A DNA stretch of 64,000 nt from an uncultured Acidobacteriota bacterium (GCA_963794295.1 CAWCDE010000006.1:18738-82737), one strand, 5' to 3'. Counted from the first letter of the stretch, positions 1-17,059 are shown. The notes: generated by a model from the sequence alone, not told the origin. Program-made: numbers and translations.

Positions 1-409
1 CGCCGACGCGGGCGACACGGCGACGGGGCGCGAGACGGTGTGCGAAGCGGGCGAACAGATCGCGACGGTTGCGGGCGGCGAAAAGGGCGAGGCGCAACCA
101 GCACCCAAGCCAAAACAGCAGGATGCCGTGCAAGTTACTGAAATGATTGGTAGCGGGGGGGAGGATCGACTTCACGATGCCGATCCGGTCGGCGCGCGAC
201 ATGCGCCGGCGCCGCGCGGGGTCGATGAATCCGTCCCGGATCTCGTCGATCTGGGCCGCCGTCGTCGTCCGGTAGGCCGAGGGGTCGAACAGCGTCAGCC
301 GCCGGATTCCGCACTCGCCGGCGAGCAGTCCGCGCCACGTGGACTCCACCGTTCCGCCGAGCGCGGTCACGGCTCCGAGCCCCGTCACGACGACCCGCCG
401 ATCCGGCAT
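1..409 (-). CDS. beta-ketoacyl-ACP synthase (FabF/FabB-like) N-terminal part. The gene runs off the window start. The frame degenerates after about 80 aa near a G7 homopolymer and a low-GC stretch (130-165).
   Basis: Reverse-strand translation from ATG at 409 gives MPDRRVVVTGLGAVTALGGTVESTWRGLLAGECGIRRLTLFDP...RADRIGIV, a typical KAS I/II N-terminus. It is not in the ORF track because it is truncated by the window edge. Confidence 0.5.
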   Translation of the reverse strand, partial: MPDRRVVVTGLGAVTALGGTVESTWRGLLAGECGIRRLTLFDPSAYRTTTAAQIDEIRDGFIDPARRRRMSRADRIGIVKSILPPATNHFSNLHGILLFWLGCWLRLALFAARNRRDLFARFAHRLAPRRRVARVG

Positions 410-435
410 ATGATCGATCATACCCGAGAGATTCG

Positions 436-876
436 ATGACGACGCGCGTCGACTGGCACACCTACTTCATGAACATCGCGCGGCAGGCCGCGACCCGTTC
501 GACCTGCCCCCGCAAGCATGTCGGCGCCGTGATCGTCCGCGACCGCACGATCCTCTCGACCGGCTACAACGGATCGCTCCCCGGGCTGCCCCACTGCGAG
601 GACGTCGGATGCATGATGGAGGACGGCCACTGTGTCGCGACCGTGCATGCCGAGGCGAACGCGGTGCTCCAGGCGGCCAAGAACGGGGTCGCGATCGCGG
701 GAGGGGAGCTTTACACGACCGCTTCGCCGTGCTGGCCCTGCTTCAAGCTCCTGGCGACGGTGGGGATCCGGCGCATCTACTACGCCGAGTTCTACCGCGA
801 TCCGCGATCGCTCCAGATCGCGCGCGACGCCGGAATCGAGCTCGTCTCGCTCGCTCCCGAGAAGCCGCCGGCCTGA
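436..876 (+). CDS. dCMP (deoxycytidylate) deaminase, ComEB/CDA family
   Basis: 146 aa with the HAEANA...PCWPC zinc-binding cytidine/deoxycytidylate deaminase motifs. Confidence 0.85.
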   Translation: MTTRVDWHTYFMNIARQAATRSTCPRKHVGAVIVRDRTILSTGYNGSLPGLPHCEDVGCMMEDGHCVATVHAEANAVLQAAKNGVAIAGGELYTTASPCWPCFKLLATVGIRRIYYAEFYRDPRSLQIARDAGIELVSLAPEKPPA

Positions 877-929
877 GGCGGGGCGCTGCGTTCGATCTCC
901 TTGCGCCGGCCGGCCGGCGGTCCGGCGGC

Positions 930-1605
930 CTATTCGCCCTCGGCGAGCTGGCGCTCCAGAGCCGCTTTTCCGGCGGCGGTCGTGCGGAAGAACCGGCAGC
1001 CCATCCCGGACCGCGGCGCGCTCTCCCATCGGACGACGATGGCTTCGCCGACGAACGTCCGATCTTCTCCGGCGTCCGGTTCCGGGAGCGGGAAGGCGAT
1101 CGCGAGCCGCGATCCGATCGCCTGCGGCCGCCGGCACTCGAGGAAGAAGCCCGTCCGCGAGACGTCGAGCAGGCGGCCCGAATGCGACGATCCCTCGCGC
1201 CAGAACGTGAGCGGCCACGCGACCGGGAGCCGCCGTTCGCCCCGCGCCTGCAGCCGGAGGAACGCCTGGAGCGTGTCGAGGAGCGTGGGCTCGTCCACCG
1301 GCTTTCCGAGGAACTGGTCGGCGCCGCACTTCATCGCGTATTCGCGGCGCCCGTGAGAGGAGACGAGCACGATCGGCGTCCGGCGCCGCTCCGGGTCCGC
1401 CTTGAGCGCCCGGCAGATCTCCCCTCCGTTCATTCCGGGCATCTCGATGTCGAGATAGATCAGGTCGGGGTTCGCCTCCCGCGCGAGGCGAAGGGCGGCG
1501 ATCCCGTCCTCCGCCCGGACGACGCGGCAGTCCGCGCGCTGGAGGATCACCTCGAACAGGTCGAGATGGGCCGGAAGGTCGTCGGCGATCAGGATCGTCT
1601 TCATG
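930..1605 (-). CDS. response regulator with N-terminal receiver domain and C-terminal PilZ domain
   Basis: C-terminal 225 aa of ORF 930..2738 begins MKTILIADDLP...DLIYLDIEMPGMNGGEI (REC), followed by ...DVSRTGFFLE...GMGCRF (PilZ-like). The ATG at 1605 overlaps the stop of the upstream gene (ATGA). Confidence 0.75.
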
Positions 1606-2558
1606 CGGCAGGCTCGGGCGCGGCGGCCGCCTCGGGCGCGGCCCGGCGCAGGATCGTCTCCCGGATCCCGGCGTAGTACCCGACCTTCAGGATCGCGCGG
1701 AGGAAGATGAACACCTGCTGCGCCGCGACGAGGAGCACGACGCCGCCGGTCGTCGTCGCGGCCGAGCTGACGTTCAGGCGCGACCAGAGGAAATAGAGGA
1801 GGGCGGTCGCCGCCGCCCAGAGAGCCAGCGTCGCGAGGATCCGCCCGAGGCGACCGACCGCGGACCCGACGCCGACGAGATACCGGGTGACGGGGGGCAG
1901 ATCGGGGCGCTCGACGAGCGCGACGCGGATCGCGTCGGCCGCGACCTTGACGATCGTGACGCCGACGACGAGCGCGGCCAGCCGCGCGAGAACGAGGGCG
2001 CGCGCCGACTGCTCGGTCGCGAGATTGGCCGCGAATCCCTCGAGGGCGCGTCCCGACGCCCAGAAGACGTAGTGGTAGAGGGCGGCGACGAGCCCCGCCG
2101 CGCCGAGCGTCACGATCAGGAACGCGGGGAGGCGGCGGGCGCCCTCGCGGGCGAACACGGTAAGGTCCGAGCCGCGGTTGGCGAGGCTCCCGAAGATCCC
2201 CCCCAGCAGGAACGCGTGGAGGACCACCGCGAGCAGGCCTGCGCCGAGGAAGGCGGCGCCGATGCCGGCGGCGCCGTCGAACGCGCCGAAGCCCGGGGAT
2301 CCCTGCGCGGAAAAGAGCCGGAGGCCCTCGTCCGGAAACGTTCCGAAGAGCTCGGGATGCGTGCGCCGCTCGGTCAGCCACCACCGGGCGTTCGGCGCGG
2401 AAATCATCGCGGCGGCGTCCGGCGAGTGGTTGAGCTCGGCGTGGAGGAAGTTCGAGAGCGGGAGCGCGAGGATCGCGGCGAGAGCGCCCTGGACGAGCCA
2501 GATCGCGATCGCGAAGTGCGGGCGCCGCACGGAGATCGCGAGCCCGCGGGCGAACTCG
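1601..2558 (-). CDS. polytopic integral membrane protein of unknown function (about 319 aa). Start uncertain (GTG near 2558).
   Basis: In-frame hydrophobic segment at the 3' end of artefact ORF 1601..6307 with several predicted TM helices. It overlaps the stop of the M1 peptidase gene by a few bases and the start of the REC-PilZ gene. Confidence 0.5.
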
Positions 2559-2559
2559 C

Positions 2560-7989
<5,430 letters not shown>

Positions 7990-7991
7990 AG

Positions 7992-8207
7992 ATGGACCTT
8001 CCCGCCCGGGTGATCGTTTTCGCTCCCGTCATGGAGATCAAGAACAAGCCCGCGACACTCGTCTCGATTTCGGGGAGCGGCTATTACGAGCTCCGGATGG
8101 AGTTCTCCGGCCGCCGCCACACCGTCCTCGCGCCGATCGTCCAGACGGGCCTCGTGTTCAACGACCCGGAAGAAGAGTTCGCGGCGGCCGACGAAATCGA
8201 ACGGTAG
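7992..8207 (+). CDS. small hypothetical protein (72 aa), translationally coupled to the sigma-54 activator
   Basis: ATG 2 nt after the activator stop (TAGAGATGG). It is in a different frame from artefact ORF 6405..8207. No recognisable domain. Confidence 0.4.
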   Translation: MDLPARVIVFAPVMEIKNKPATLVSISGSGYYELRMEFSGRRHTVLAPIVQTGLVFNDPEEEFAAADEIER

Positions 8208-8215
8208 AACGCCGT

Positions 8216-9529
8216 CTACGTCTTCAGCTCGTTCTTCGCGATCCGGCAGAGCCGGTCCGCGATCTCTTCGACGAGCGTCCGCTCCGGACCTTCGACCATG
8301 ACCCTCAGCAGCGGCTCGGTGCCGGAGTAGCGCAGCAGGATCCGGCCGCCGCCGTCGAGTTCCCGCTCCGCCTCTTCGACGGCGCGGGCGAGGACCACGA
8401 CGTCGTCCAGGGGAACGCGCCGGCCGACGCGGAGGTTCCGGAGGACCTGCGGCGCCTTGCGGAGGTCGGCGAGGCCCGAGAGCGGAGTTCCTCCGACGAG
8501 GAGGGAGGCGACCGAGAGAGCGCCGAGAATGCCGTCTCCGGTCGTCGACAGCGCGGCCTGGATCACGTGCCCCGACGATTCGCCGCCGAGCACGGCCCCG
8601 CGCTCCTGCATCGCGCGGACGACGTGGCGGTCGCCGACCGGTGTCCGGACGAGCGACGCCCCGATCGTCGAAAGCGCCTGCTCGAGGCCGATGTTCGTCA
8701 TGACGGTACCGACGACGACCGGGGGGAAGAGGGCGCCGCGGCGATGGAGGTCCCGGGCGAGGATCCAGAGGACGTCGTCGCCGTCCAGGACGCGCCCGGT
8801 CTCGTCGGCGAGCACGAGCCGGTCCGCATCGCCGTCGAAGGCGGCGGCGAGCCGGTAATGCCCCGACGCGGCGAGGGACGCGAGCGCCTCCGGATGGAGA
8901 GCGCCGCATCCTTCGTTGATGTTCGTGCCGTCCGGCGCGGCACCGCGGACGTCGACGGAAGCGCCGGCGTCCCGGAAGATCGCGGGCGCGACCTCGAACG
9001 CGGCGCCGTGCGCGCAGTCGAGGAGGACCGGGAGACCTCCGAGATCGCCGGCCGCGCTCCGGACGTGGCGGCGGTATGCGGCCGCGAGCGCCGGGTCGAC
9101 CGGCGGCACCGGTTCCCCGGCGGGAAAGCCCGTCTCGGACGGAAGGGCGCGCTCGATCTCGACCTCGTCGGCGTCCGGGAGCTTGCGACCGTCCGCGGCG
9201 AAGACCTTGATTCCGTTGTCCCGCCACGGATTGTGCGAGGCGGAGACGGCGACGCCGAACGACGCGCCGCGCTCCCGCACCAGGTCCGCGACGGCCGGCG
9301 TCGGAACGACGCCGGCGTTCTCGAGACGGACGCCCTCGGCCGCGAGCCCGCGGGCGATCGCCGCGAGGATTTCGGGCGTCGACCGGCGCGTGTCGCCGCC
9401 GACGATGCCGGCGGCCGCGCGCCCGCCGGCGAGGCGCCCGAGGACGCGCCCGATCCGGTACACCGTCGGGGCGTCGAGCGGAAATTTGCCGGCTTCGCCG
9501 CGGATCCCGTCGGTTCCGAAGAGCCTCAC
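8216..9529 (-). CDS. glmM: phosphoglucosamine mutase GlmM
   Basis: 437 aa, uninterrupted. Active-site SASHNP motif (GVAVSASHNPWRDNGIK) and typical PGM/PMM architecture. Confidence 0.92.
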   Translation of the reverse strand: MRLFGTDGIRGEAGKFPLDAPTVYRIGRVLGRLAGGRAAAGIVGGDTRRSTPEILAAIARGLAAEGVRLENAGVVPTPAVADLVRERGASFGVAVSASHNPWRDNGIKVFAADGRKLPDADEVEIERALPSETGFPAGEPVPPVDPALAAAYRRHVRSAAGDLGGLPVLLDCAHGAAFEVAPAIFRDAGASVDVRGAAPDGTNINEGCGALHPEALASLAASGHYRLAAAFDGDADRLVLADETGRVLDGDDVLWILARDLHRRGALFPPVVVGTVMTNIGLEQALSTIGASLVRTPVGDRHVVRAMQERGAVLGGESSGHVIQAALSTTGDGILGALSVASLLVGGTPLSGLADLRKAPQVLRNLRVGRRVPLDDVVVLARAVEEAERELDGGGRILLRYSGTEPLLRVMVEGPERTLVEEIADRLCRIAKNELKT

Positions 9530-10182
9530 GCGGGCGATTTCCAGTGCACGTGCACGGAGACGACGCCCTTCGGCGCGACGACGCGGATGTTCGGTTCGGC
9601 GGCGAGTGTGGCGGAAACGGTGAAGTCGCCGCTTCGCCCCGCGAGCGAGACCGGGTCCGTCGCGACCGCCGCCAGGCGGGAGACCTCGCTCTCCGGCCCG
9701 GTGATCCGAGCGGTCGGCGGATCGACGCGGGCGGCGACGGCGGCGGGATCGCCGCCGGTGAATCGCGGCGCGATCGGAACGTCCTTCTGCGCGAGCTTCT
9801 CGATCCGGACGCGCACGGTCGGCGGAGAGATCGACACGACCTCGACGTCTTCGGGGGCGTTGATGTCGTCCGCGCCGAGCTTGTAGATCCGTTCGCCGGC
9901 GGGGGCGTCGGCGAAGTCCATCACGGCCTCCATTTTCGACGGGTCGGCGAGCCGGATCGCGTCGAAGGGTCCCCGCAGGCGCACGTCCACGGTGTCCGGG
10001 AGCGGCGACGCGATCACCATCTCGGGCGGGAGGTTGACGACCGTCAGCGGGATCACGTAGCCGCGTTCCGAGATGCGCTGGCGCCGCTGGCCGGAGAGCG
10101 AGAACCAGAGGAACCCGGCGAGCGCCAGCGCGAGGAGCTTCCAGCCGAGATTCTCGACGATCCTCCGCTTCACGCGATCGAG
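9526..10182 (-). CDS. cdaR: CdaR/YbbR-domain regulator of diadenylate cyclase
   Basis: 3' in-frame part of artefact ORF 9526..11928: N-terminal TM segment (WKLLALALAGFLWF) followed by YbbR-like repeats. GTG start near 10182; overlaps the cdaA stop and the glmM start. Confidence 0.7.
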   Translation of the reverse strand, partial: LDRVKRRIVENLGWKLLALALAGFLWFSLSGQRRQRISERGYVIPLTVVNLPPEMVIASPLPDTVDVRLRGPFDAIRLADPSKMEAVMDFADAPAGERIYKLGADDINAPEDVEVVSISPPTVRVRIEKLAQKDVPIAPRFTGGDPAAVAARVDPPTARITGPESEVSRLAAVATDPVSLAGRSGDFTVSATLAAEPNIRVVAPKGVVSVHVHWKSPA

Positions 10183-10973
10183 CCCTCCGGCGCGCCGCCC
10201 GAGGCGAGGTGCGAGAGGATCTCCCGCAGAGCCTTTCCGTCGAGGCCGTCGGTCAGGCGTCCGTCCCGGGCGAGACCGATCGTGCCGCGCTCCTCCGAGA
10301 CGACGATGGTCAGCGCGTCGGTCTCCTCCGAGATGCCGATCGCGGCGCGGTGCCGGGTCCCGTACTCCTTCGGGAGCCCCGTCCGCTGGGTCAGGGGGAG
10401 GAACGACGACGCGGAGGCGACCCGGTGATTCGCGACGATGACGGCCCCGTCGTGGAGCGGCGTTCCGGGAACGAAGAGGTTCACGAGCAGCTCGTAGGAA
10501 ACCACCGCGTCGAGCCGGACGCCGTTCTCGATGTAGGTCTTCAGCCCGTCGCGGCGCTCGAGGACGATCAGCGCCCCGATGCGCTTGGCGGCGAGCGAGG
10601 TCGCCGCGAGAACGACGTCGGTGACGAGGTCGTCCGTCTGCGGCGCGTTGAAGAACGCCACGAGGGGGTTCCGGCCGAACTGCTGGAGCGCGCGCCGGAT
10701 GTCCGCCGCGAAGAGCACGATCACGGCGAACGGGAGATAGAAGAGCACCTCCTTCAGCACGCCCCGGAGCGTCGGGAGCTTCAGCAGCACCGCGAGCCAG
10801 TAGACGCCGAGGATCGCCAGCAGTCCGAGGATCATCTGGACCGCGCGGGTGCCCCGGATCAGGAGGAGGAGGTTGTAGATGATCACGGCCACGACGACGA
10901 TCTCGACCGCGTCGCGCCACGTGAAGTGGAGGTGCGACAGCATTCCGACCCGTGAGGTGACCGTCGGGACCAT
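10170..10973 (-). CDS. cdaA: diadenylate cyclase CdaA (DisA_N/DAC domain), membrane-anchored
   Basis: Three N-terminal TM helices, then the DAC domain with DGA and RHRAA motifs (TPLHDGAVIV...GTRHRAAIGISEETDA...). Alternative start MLSHL at 10943. Confidence 0.88.
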   Translation of the reverse strand: MVPTVTSRVGMLSHLHFTWRDAVEIVVVAVIIYNLLLLIRGTRAVQMILGLLAILGVYWLAVLLKLPTLRGVLKEVLFYLPFAVIVLFAADIRRALQQFGRNPLVAFFNAPQTDDLVTDVVLAATSLAAKRIGALIVLERRDGLKTYIENGVRLDAVVSYELLVNLFVPGTPLHDGAVIVANHRVASASSFLPLTQRTGLPKEYGTRHRAAIGISEETDALTIVVSEERGTIGLARDGRLTDGLDGKALREILSHLASGGAPEGSIA

Positions 10974-10982
10974 TCCGCGATT

Positions 10983-11933
10983 CTATCCGCCGGACGCGGC
11001 CGGGTTTCTCTCCGCGCGGCGAATCGCCCCGGCCATCGTCGCGAAGGCGTCGGGCGACGCGCCCGCCGCCTGCGCCGCCTCCGGCTCCGGCGTCCCGCCG
11101 CGGAGCGCCGCGAGGAATCGCGCCGTCTCGCCCACGTCGTGGACCCGCAGCACCGCCGCGCCCCGTCCGGCCGCGGCGGCGGCGCAGGCGAGCGAACCGG
11201 CGAGCCGCTGCCGCGGAGGCGCGTCCGACGGAACTCCGGAAAACCGCGCGGTGAAGCCCTTGCGGGAAGCGCCGACGACGAGCGGAAACCCGAGCGCCGC
11301 GAATGCGCGGAGCCGGGCCACGAGGAGCAGGCTGTGCGCGGCGCTCTTTCCGAAGCCGAGCCCCGGATCGACCGCGATCCGGGCCGGCGCCATGCCCGCC
11401 GCCTCCGCCCGCGCGGCGGCGTCGCGGAGGTGGACGGCGATCTCGGCGATCGGCTCGGCGTACGCCAGATCGTTCTGCATCGTCCGGGGATCGGTCCCGC
11501 GCATGTGCATCAGCACGACCGCGGTCCCGGACCGCGCCGCGACGTCCGCGACCGCCGGGTCGAAACGCAACGCGGTCACGTCGTTGACGATCGAGGCGCC
11601 CGCCGCGATCGCGGCGCGGGCGACGGCGCTCTTGCGCGTGTCGATCGAGACCGGGACCCCGCTCCGGCGGGCGAGCGCGTCGATCACCGGAACGACCCGA
11701 TCGATTTCCCGCCCGGGGGAGACTTCCTCCGCGGCGCCGTACGCCGGCGGGCGCGTCGACTCGCCGCCGACGTCGAGGATCGCTGCGCCTTCGGCGGCGA
11801 GACGGAGACCGTGCTCGATCGCGGCCTCCGGCGGGAGGAAGAGCCCGCCGTCGGAGAACGAGTCGGGCGTGACGTTGACGACCCCCATGAGGATCGGGAG
11901 CTCCCGGCCCTCGAGGACTTCTCGCCATTCCAT
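10983..11933 (-). CDS. folP: dihydropteroate synthase FolP
   Basis: Pterin-binding domain (ILMGVVNVTPDSFSDGG...DVGGESTRP...VSIDT...NDV...GFGK). The ATG at 11933 follows the artefactual N-terminal extension of ORF 10983..12083. Confidence 0.85.
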   Translation of the reverse strand: MEWREVLEGRELPILMGVVNVTPDSFSDGGLFLPPEAAIEHGLRLAAEGAAILDVGGESTRPPAYGAAEEVSPGREIDRVVPVIDALARRSGVPVSIDTRKSAVARAAIAAGASIVNDVTALRFDPAVADVAARSGTAVVLMHMRGTDPRTMQNDLAYAEPIAEIAVHLRDAAARAEAAGMAPARIAVDPGLGFGKSAAHSLLLVARLRAFAALGFPLVVGASRKGFTARFSGVPSDAPPRQRLAGSLACAAAAAGRGAAVLRVHDVGETARFLAALRGGTPEPEAAQAAGASPDAFATMAGAIRRAERNPAASGG

Positions 11934-12069
11934 GAGGCGATTATCTGCGGAAGATGCGACCGGGACGGCCGCTGCGGAAGATCGCCTCGCGATTTTCCGC
12001 AGCGCTGCTGCCGGGAAAGGTGAGGACGACGAGGCGCGGTGAGACGTGCTGGAAGACGGACGAACCCGG

Positions 12070-12164
12070 TGGATCGGCGGCACGGGCGTACCGAAAGCGT
12101 ACGTCGAAGCCGGCGATACGACGGGTTCGGCCGTGTAACGGCGCGTATCGCCGCGCCGGCTTCT

Positions 12165-12180
<16 letters not shown>
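12070..12180. repeat. GC-rich hairpin repeat, copy R1, core GGCGTACCGAAAGCGTACGT
   Basis: Core at 12084-12102, immediately 3' of ftsH. Shares the 20-nt core and a downstream ...GCGCGTATCGCCGCGCC... segment with copy R4. Confidence 0.6.
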
Positions 12181-14082
<1,902 letters not shown>

Positions 14083-14181
14083 GCGGTCACTCCTTGCCGG
14101 GCGGGAGACGGTCCCGAGGTCCGGCGCCGGCGGCGCACACGGACGCCCGGCTGGACAAGCATAACGGATGGATGCGGGCTT

Positions 14182-14733
14182 TTATTGCCCGATTTCGGCC
14201 GCCGGAGCCGTCGAAACCGAGGCGATGTAGGGCAGGTGCCCGTAGAGCCCGCCGAGCTCCATGCCGTATCCGACGAGATGGTCGCGGTCGTTGGAATTGA
14301 ACAGGACGTAGTCGACGAGGATCGACGAGCGGCGCTCGTGGGGCCGGTCGACGATCGACGCGAAGCGGATCGAGGCGGGATCGTCCGTGCGAAGTTGATT
14401 CATCAGGTACGTCTCGATCACTCCGGTGTTGACGACGTCCTTCAGCACGACGACCTCTTTCCCCGCGAGCGACAGGGGCGTCGCGAAATCGATCTCGACC
14501 GACTCCTTTCCTTCGATGTCCCTCCGGGTGACGCTGATGAACTCGAATCCGTGGGGCCGGTCGATCCGGCGGCAGAGATCGGCGAGGAAGAACGCGGACC
14601 CCTTCAGGAGCGAGAGGACGACGAGGGGCCGGTCCTCGTAGTCCCGATCGATCCGTCGCGCGATGTCGGAGACGCGGGCCGCGATCTCCGCCTCGGAGTG
14701 GCGAAGGGTCAACGTCGGTTCCACGGAAACCAC
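14182..14733 (-). CDS. hpt: hypoxanthine-guanine phosphoribosyltransferase
   Basis: 183 aa with the PRTase fold motif (VVVLKDVVNTGV) and the conserved position between tilS and ftsH. Confidence 0.85.
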   Translation of the reverse strand: MVSVEPTLTLRHSEAEIAARVSDIARRIDRDYEDRPLVVLSLLKGSAFFLADLCRRIDRPHGFEFISVTRRDIEGKESVEIDFATPLSLAGKEVVVLKDVVNTGVIETYLMNQLRTDDPASIRFASIVDRPHERRSSILVDYVLFNSNDRDHLVGYGMELGGLYGHLPYIASVSTAPAAEIGQ

Positions 14734-14830
14734 CGTCGAATTCTACAACCGTCTCGCGCCGCGTTGAAGCGACCGGCGGCCGCCTGACGCGGCGCACCAG
14801 AGCGGTCGTCTCCGGGCTGGCGTGCCGGAA

Positions 14831-15802
14831 TCATGGGACTGCTCGGGCGGAAAGACGGCCCCGGCTCGCCCGGAAATCGACCCGTCGTCCCGCCTGGAAG
14901 CGGAAGGGTTTCCCCGCGCGTACTCTCGATTCGAGCGTGAGGAGCTCGGCGCGGGAGAGCGGCCGCCCGCCGGCCCGCTCGGCCATCGCGAGGAGCGCCC
15001 GCCGGAGGGCGGCAGCGGGGAGCACGGCGAGGAGCGCGGCGTCGGCGCTCACCGCGTTCTCGCCGACCTCGAGGAGCGGCAGGACGTCGCGAGCGAAGAT
15101 ATCGTCGATCCACTCCCGGTCGCGGGAGAGGGCCTCGGCCGACGCGGCGAGATTGGAGGCCGCGGCGCCGCCGAACCGGCGCTCGAGGAGCGGCATCACC
15201 CGCCGCCGCACCCAGTTCCGCTCGAAGGCGGTGTCGTCGTTGGTCGCGTCGCGGCGATACGGAATCCGGCGCTCCCGGAGATACGTCCGGATCGCGGCGC
15301 GCGAGACGTCGAGGAGCGGGCGGACGACGCCGTCCTCCCGCGTCCGGCGGATCCCCGCGATTCCCGAGAGGGGGCGGCCGCGCAGGAGCGCGAGGAGGAC
15401 GGTCTCCGCCGCGTCGTCGCGCGTGTGGCCGGTCGCGACGGCGGCGGCCCCGGCGCGCTCGCGCATCGCCGCGAGCGCCCGGTAGCGGAGCTCGCGGGCC
15501 GCGTCCTCGCGGGATCTCCCGCGCGGCGGCGGCGGGAGGCGCTCGAGCAGGAAGGGCACGTGGCGCCGGGCGCACCAGCGCTCGACGAACGCGGCGTCGC
15601 GGTCCGACCCGGGACGCCAGCCGTGGTCGACGTGCGCCGCGACGACGACGCTCCGATGGACCGGCGCGATCGCGGCGAGCGCCGCGAGGAGCGCCATGGA
15701 GTCCGGACCGCCGGACACGGCCGCGAGCAGGACGCATTCCCGCGGGAGATCCCCGGCCTCGAAGGCGCGGAAAACCGCCGGCTCGGGCGCCTCGGACCGC
15801 AC
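14831..15802 (-). CDS. tilS: tRNA(Ile)-lysidine synthetase TilS
   Basis: PP-loop SGGxDS motif ([12 protein letters not shown]) and TilS-type N-terminal ATP-pyrophosphatase domain. Sits in the canonical tilS-hpt-ftsH context. Confidence 0.85.
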   Translation of the reverse strand: MRSEAPEPAVFRAFEAGDLPRECVLLAAVSGGPDSMALLAALAAIAPVHRSVVVAAHVDHGWRPGSDRDAAFVERWCARRHVPFLLERLPPPPRGRSREDAARELRYRALAAMRERAGAAAVATGHTRDDAAETVLLALLRGRPLSGIAGIRRTREDGVVRPLLDVSRAAIRTYLRERRIPYRRDATNDDTAFERNWVRRRVMPLLERRFGGAAASNLAASAEALSRDREWIDDIFARDVLPLLEVGENAVSADAALLAVLPAAALRRALLAMAERAGGRPLSRAELLTLESRVRAGKPFRFQAGRRVDFRASRGRLSARAVP

Positions 15803-15838
15803 GGGCGGATTCTACCCGTCGCGTATAATCGCCGGCGG

Positions 15839-16243
15839 ATGGATCCGCTCCGCATCCTGATCGCCAAGCCCGGGCTGGACGGCCACGACCGGGGAGCGAA
15901 GGTCGTTGCCCGCGCGCTGCGCGATGCGGGGATGGAGGTGATCTACACCGGTCTGCGCCAGACGCCCGCGCAGATCGCCGCCGCCGCGATCCAGGAAGAC
16001 GTCGATTGCGTCGGGATCTCGATCCTCTCCGGCGCCCACAACGTGCTGGTCCCGGAGGTGATCGACGAGCTCGCGGCGCGAGGCGGCGCCGACATCCCGG
16101 TCTTCGTCGGCGGGATCATTCCCGACAAGGACATCGAGGCGCTCGTCGCCCGCGGCGTGCGCAGGATCTTCCTCCCCGGGTCCTCGACGCGCGACATCAT
16201 CTCGTTCATCCAGGAGGAGATCGGCCAGCGCCAGAGAGCCTGA
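15839..16243 (+). CDS. stand-alone cobalamin (B12)-binding domain protein (methylmalonyl-/isobutyryl-CoA mutase small-subunit-like)
   Basis: 3' in-frame part of artefact ORF 14822..16243. Begins [36 protein letters not shown] (DxHxxG B12-binding signature). About 134 aa. Confidence 0.78.
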   Translation: MDPLRILIAKPGLDGHDRGAKVVARALRDAGMEVIYTGLRQTPAQIAAAAIQEDVDCVGISILSGAHNVLVPEVIDELAARGGADIPVFVGGIIPDKDIEALVARGVRRIFLPGSSTRDIISFIQEEIGQRQRA

Positions 16244-16267
16244 GCAGGCGGCGGCCCGGTCGGAGCG

Positions 16268-16891
16268 GTGAGCGGATCGTGGCGGGTTTTCCGCGAGGGC
16301 GCCGTCGCCCGCCTCGCTCTCGACACGGGAGCCTCGACCCCGACGCTCTCCCCGGCGCTGCTCGAAGAGCTCGCGTCCGGAATCGAACGCGCCGCGTTGC
16401 AGGGCGCATCCGCGTGCATCGTCGCCTCCTCGCGCCCGGGGATCTTCGCGGCGGGAGCCGATCTCCGCGTGATCCGCGGGATTTCACCCGCCGGGGGATA
16501 CGTGTACGCCCGGACGGGACAGGAAGCCCTCGCGCGGATCGCCGGCGCCGCGTGCGCGACGATCGCGGAGATCGACGGCGCGTGCTTCGGGGGAGCGCTC
16601 GATCTCGTCCTTTCCTGCGACATCCGGACGGCGAGCGACCGTTCCCGCTTCTGCCATCCCGGCCCCCGGCTCGGCATCGTCACGGGGTGGGGCGGGACGG
16701 TCCGGGCCCCCCGGCTCCTCGGGTCGGGCCGGGCGCGCCGGCTGTTTCGCTCGGGCGAGGTGTTCGACGCCGGGACCGCTCTCGCGATGGGGATCGTCGA
16801 CGAAGTCTGCAGTCCGGAGGATCTTCCGAGCCGGGCCCTCGCCATCGCCCGGAGGGCAGCTCAAGTGCAGTGGTACCAGTCATTTCGGTAA
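16268..16891 (+). CDS. enoyl-CoA hydratase/isomerase (crotonase) family protein
   Basis: 207 aa with crotonase-fold features (AAGADL...GGAL.L). Stop TAA at 16889-16891, 1 nt before the tRNA-Leu gene. Confidence 0.7.
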   Translation: MSGSWRVFREGAVARLALDTGASTPTLSPALLEELASGIERAALQGASACIVASSRPGIFAAGADLRVIRGISPAGGYVYARTGQEALARIAGAACATIAEIDGACFGGALDLVLSCDIRTASDRSRFCHPGPRLGIVTGWGGTVRAPRLLGSGRARRLFRSGEVFDAGTALAMGIVDEVCSPEDLPSRALAIARRAAQVQWYQSFR

Positions 16892-16978
16892 TGGTGCCGG
16901 AGGTCGGAATCGAACCGACATGGGGTTGCCCCCGGGGGATTTTGAGTCCCCTGCGTCTACCAGTTTCACCACTCCGGC
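16892..16978 (-). tRNA. tRNA-Leu (anticodon CAA) with long variable arm and encoded CCA
   Basis: Reverse complement folds as GCCGGAG/CTCCGGC acceptor stem, anticodon stem-loop GGGGA-CTCAAAA-TCCCC (anticodon CAA), a long extra arm, a GGTTCGATTCC T-arm and 3' CCA. Confidence 0.85.
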
Positions 16979-17030
16979 GAGGGGCGGGCATTATCGGCCT
17001 CCGTTCCGCGAGGAGTCAAGCGCGCCGAAT

Positions 17031-17059
17031 TGACGCAGCTATCTCTTTGAGTTAGAATG
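17031..17059 (+). promoter_or_regulatory. near-consensus sigma-70 promoter upstream of the CarD/CdnL gene
   Basis: -35 TTGACG (17031-17036), 17-nt spacer, -10 TAGAAT (17054-17059). Followed by RBS GAAGGAGGG (17073-17081) and a TTG start at 17086. Confidence 0.6.
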
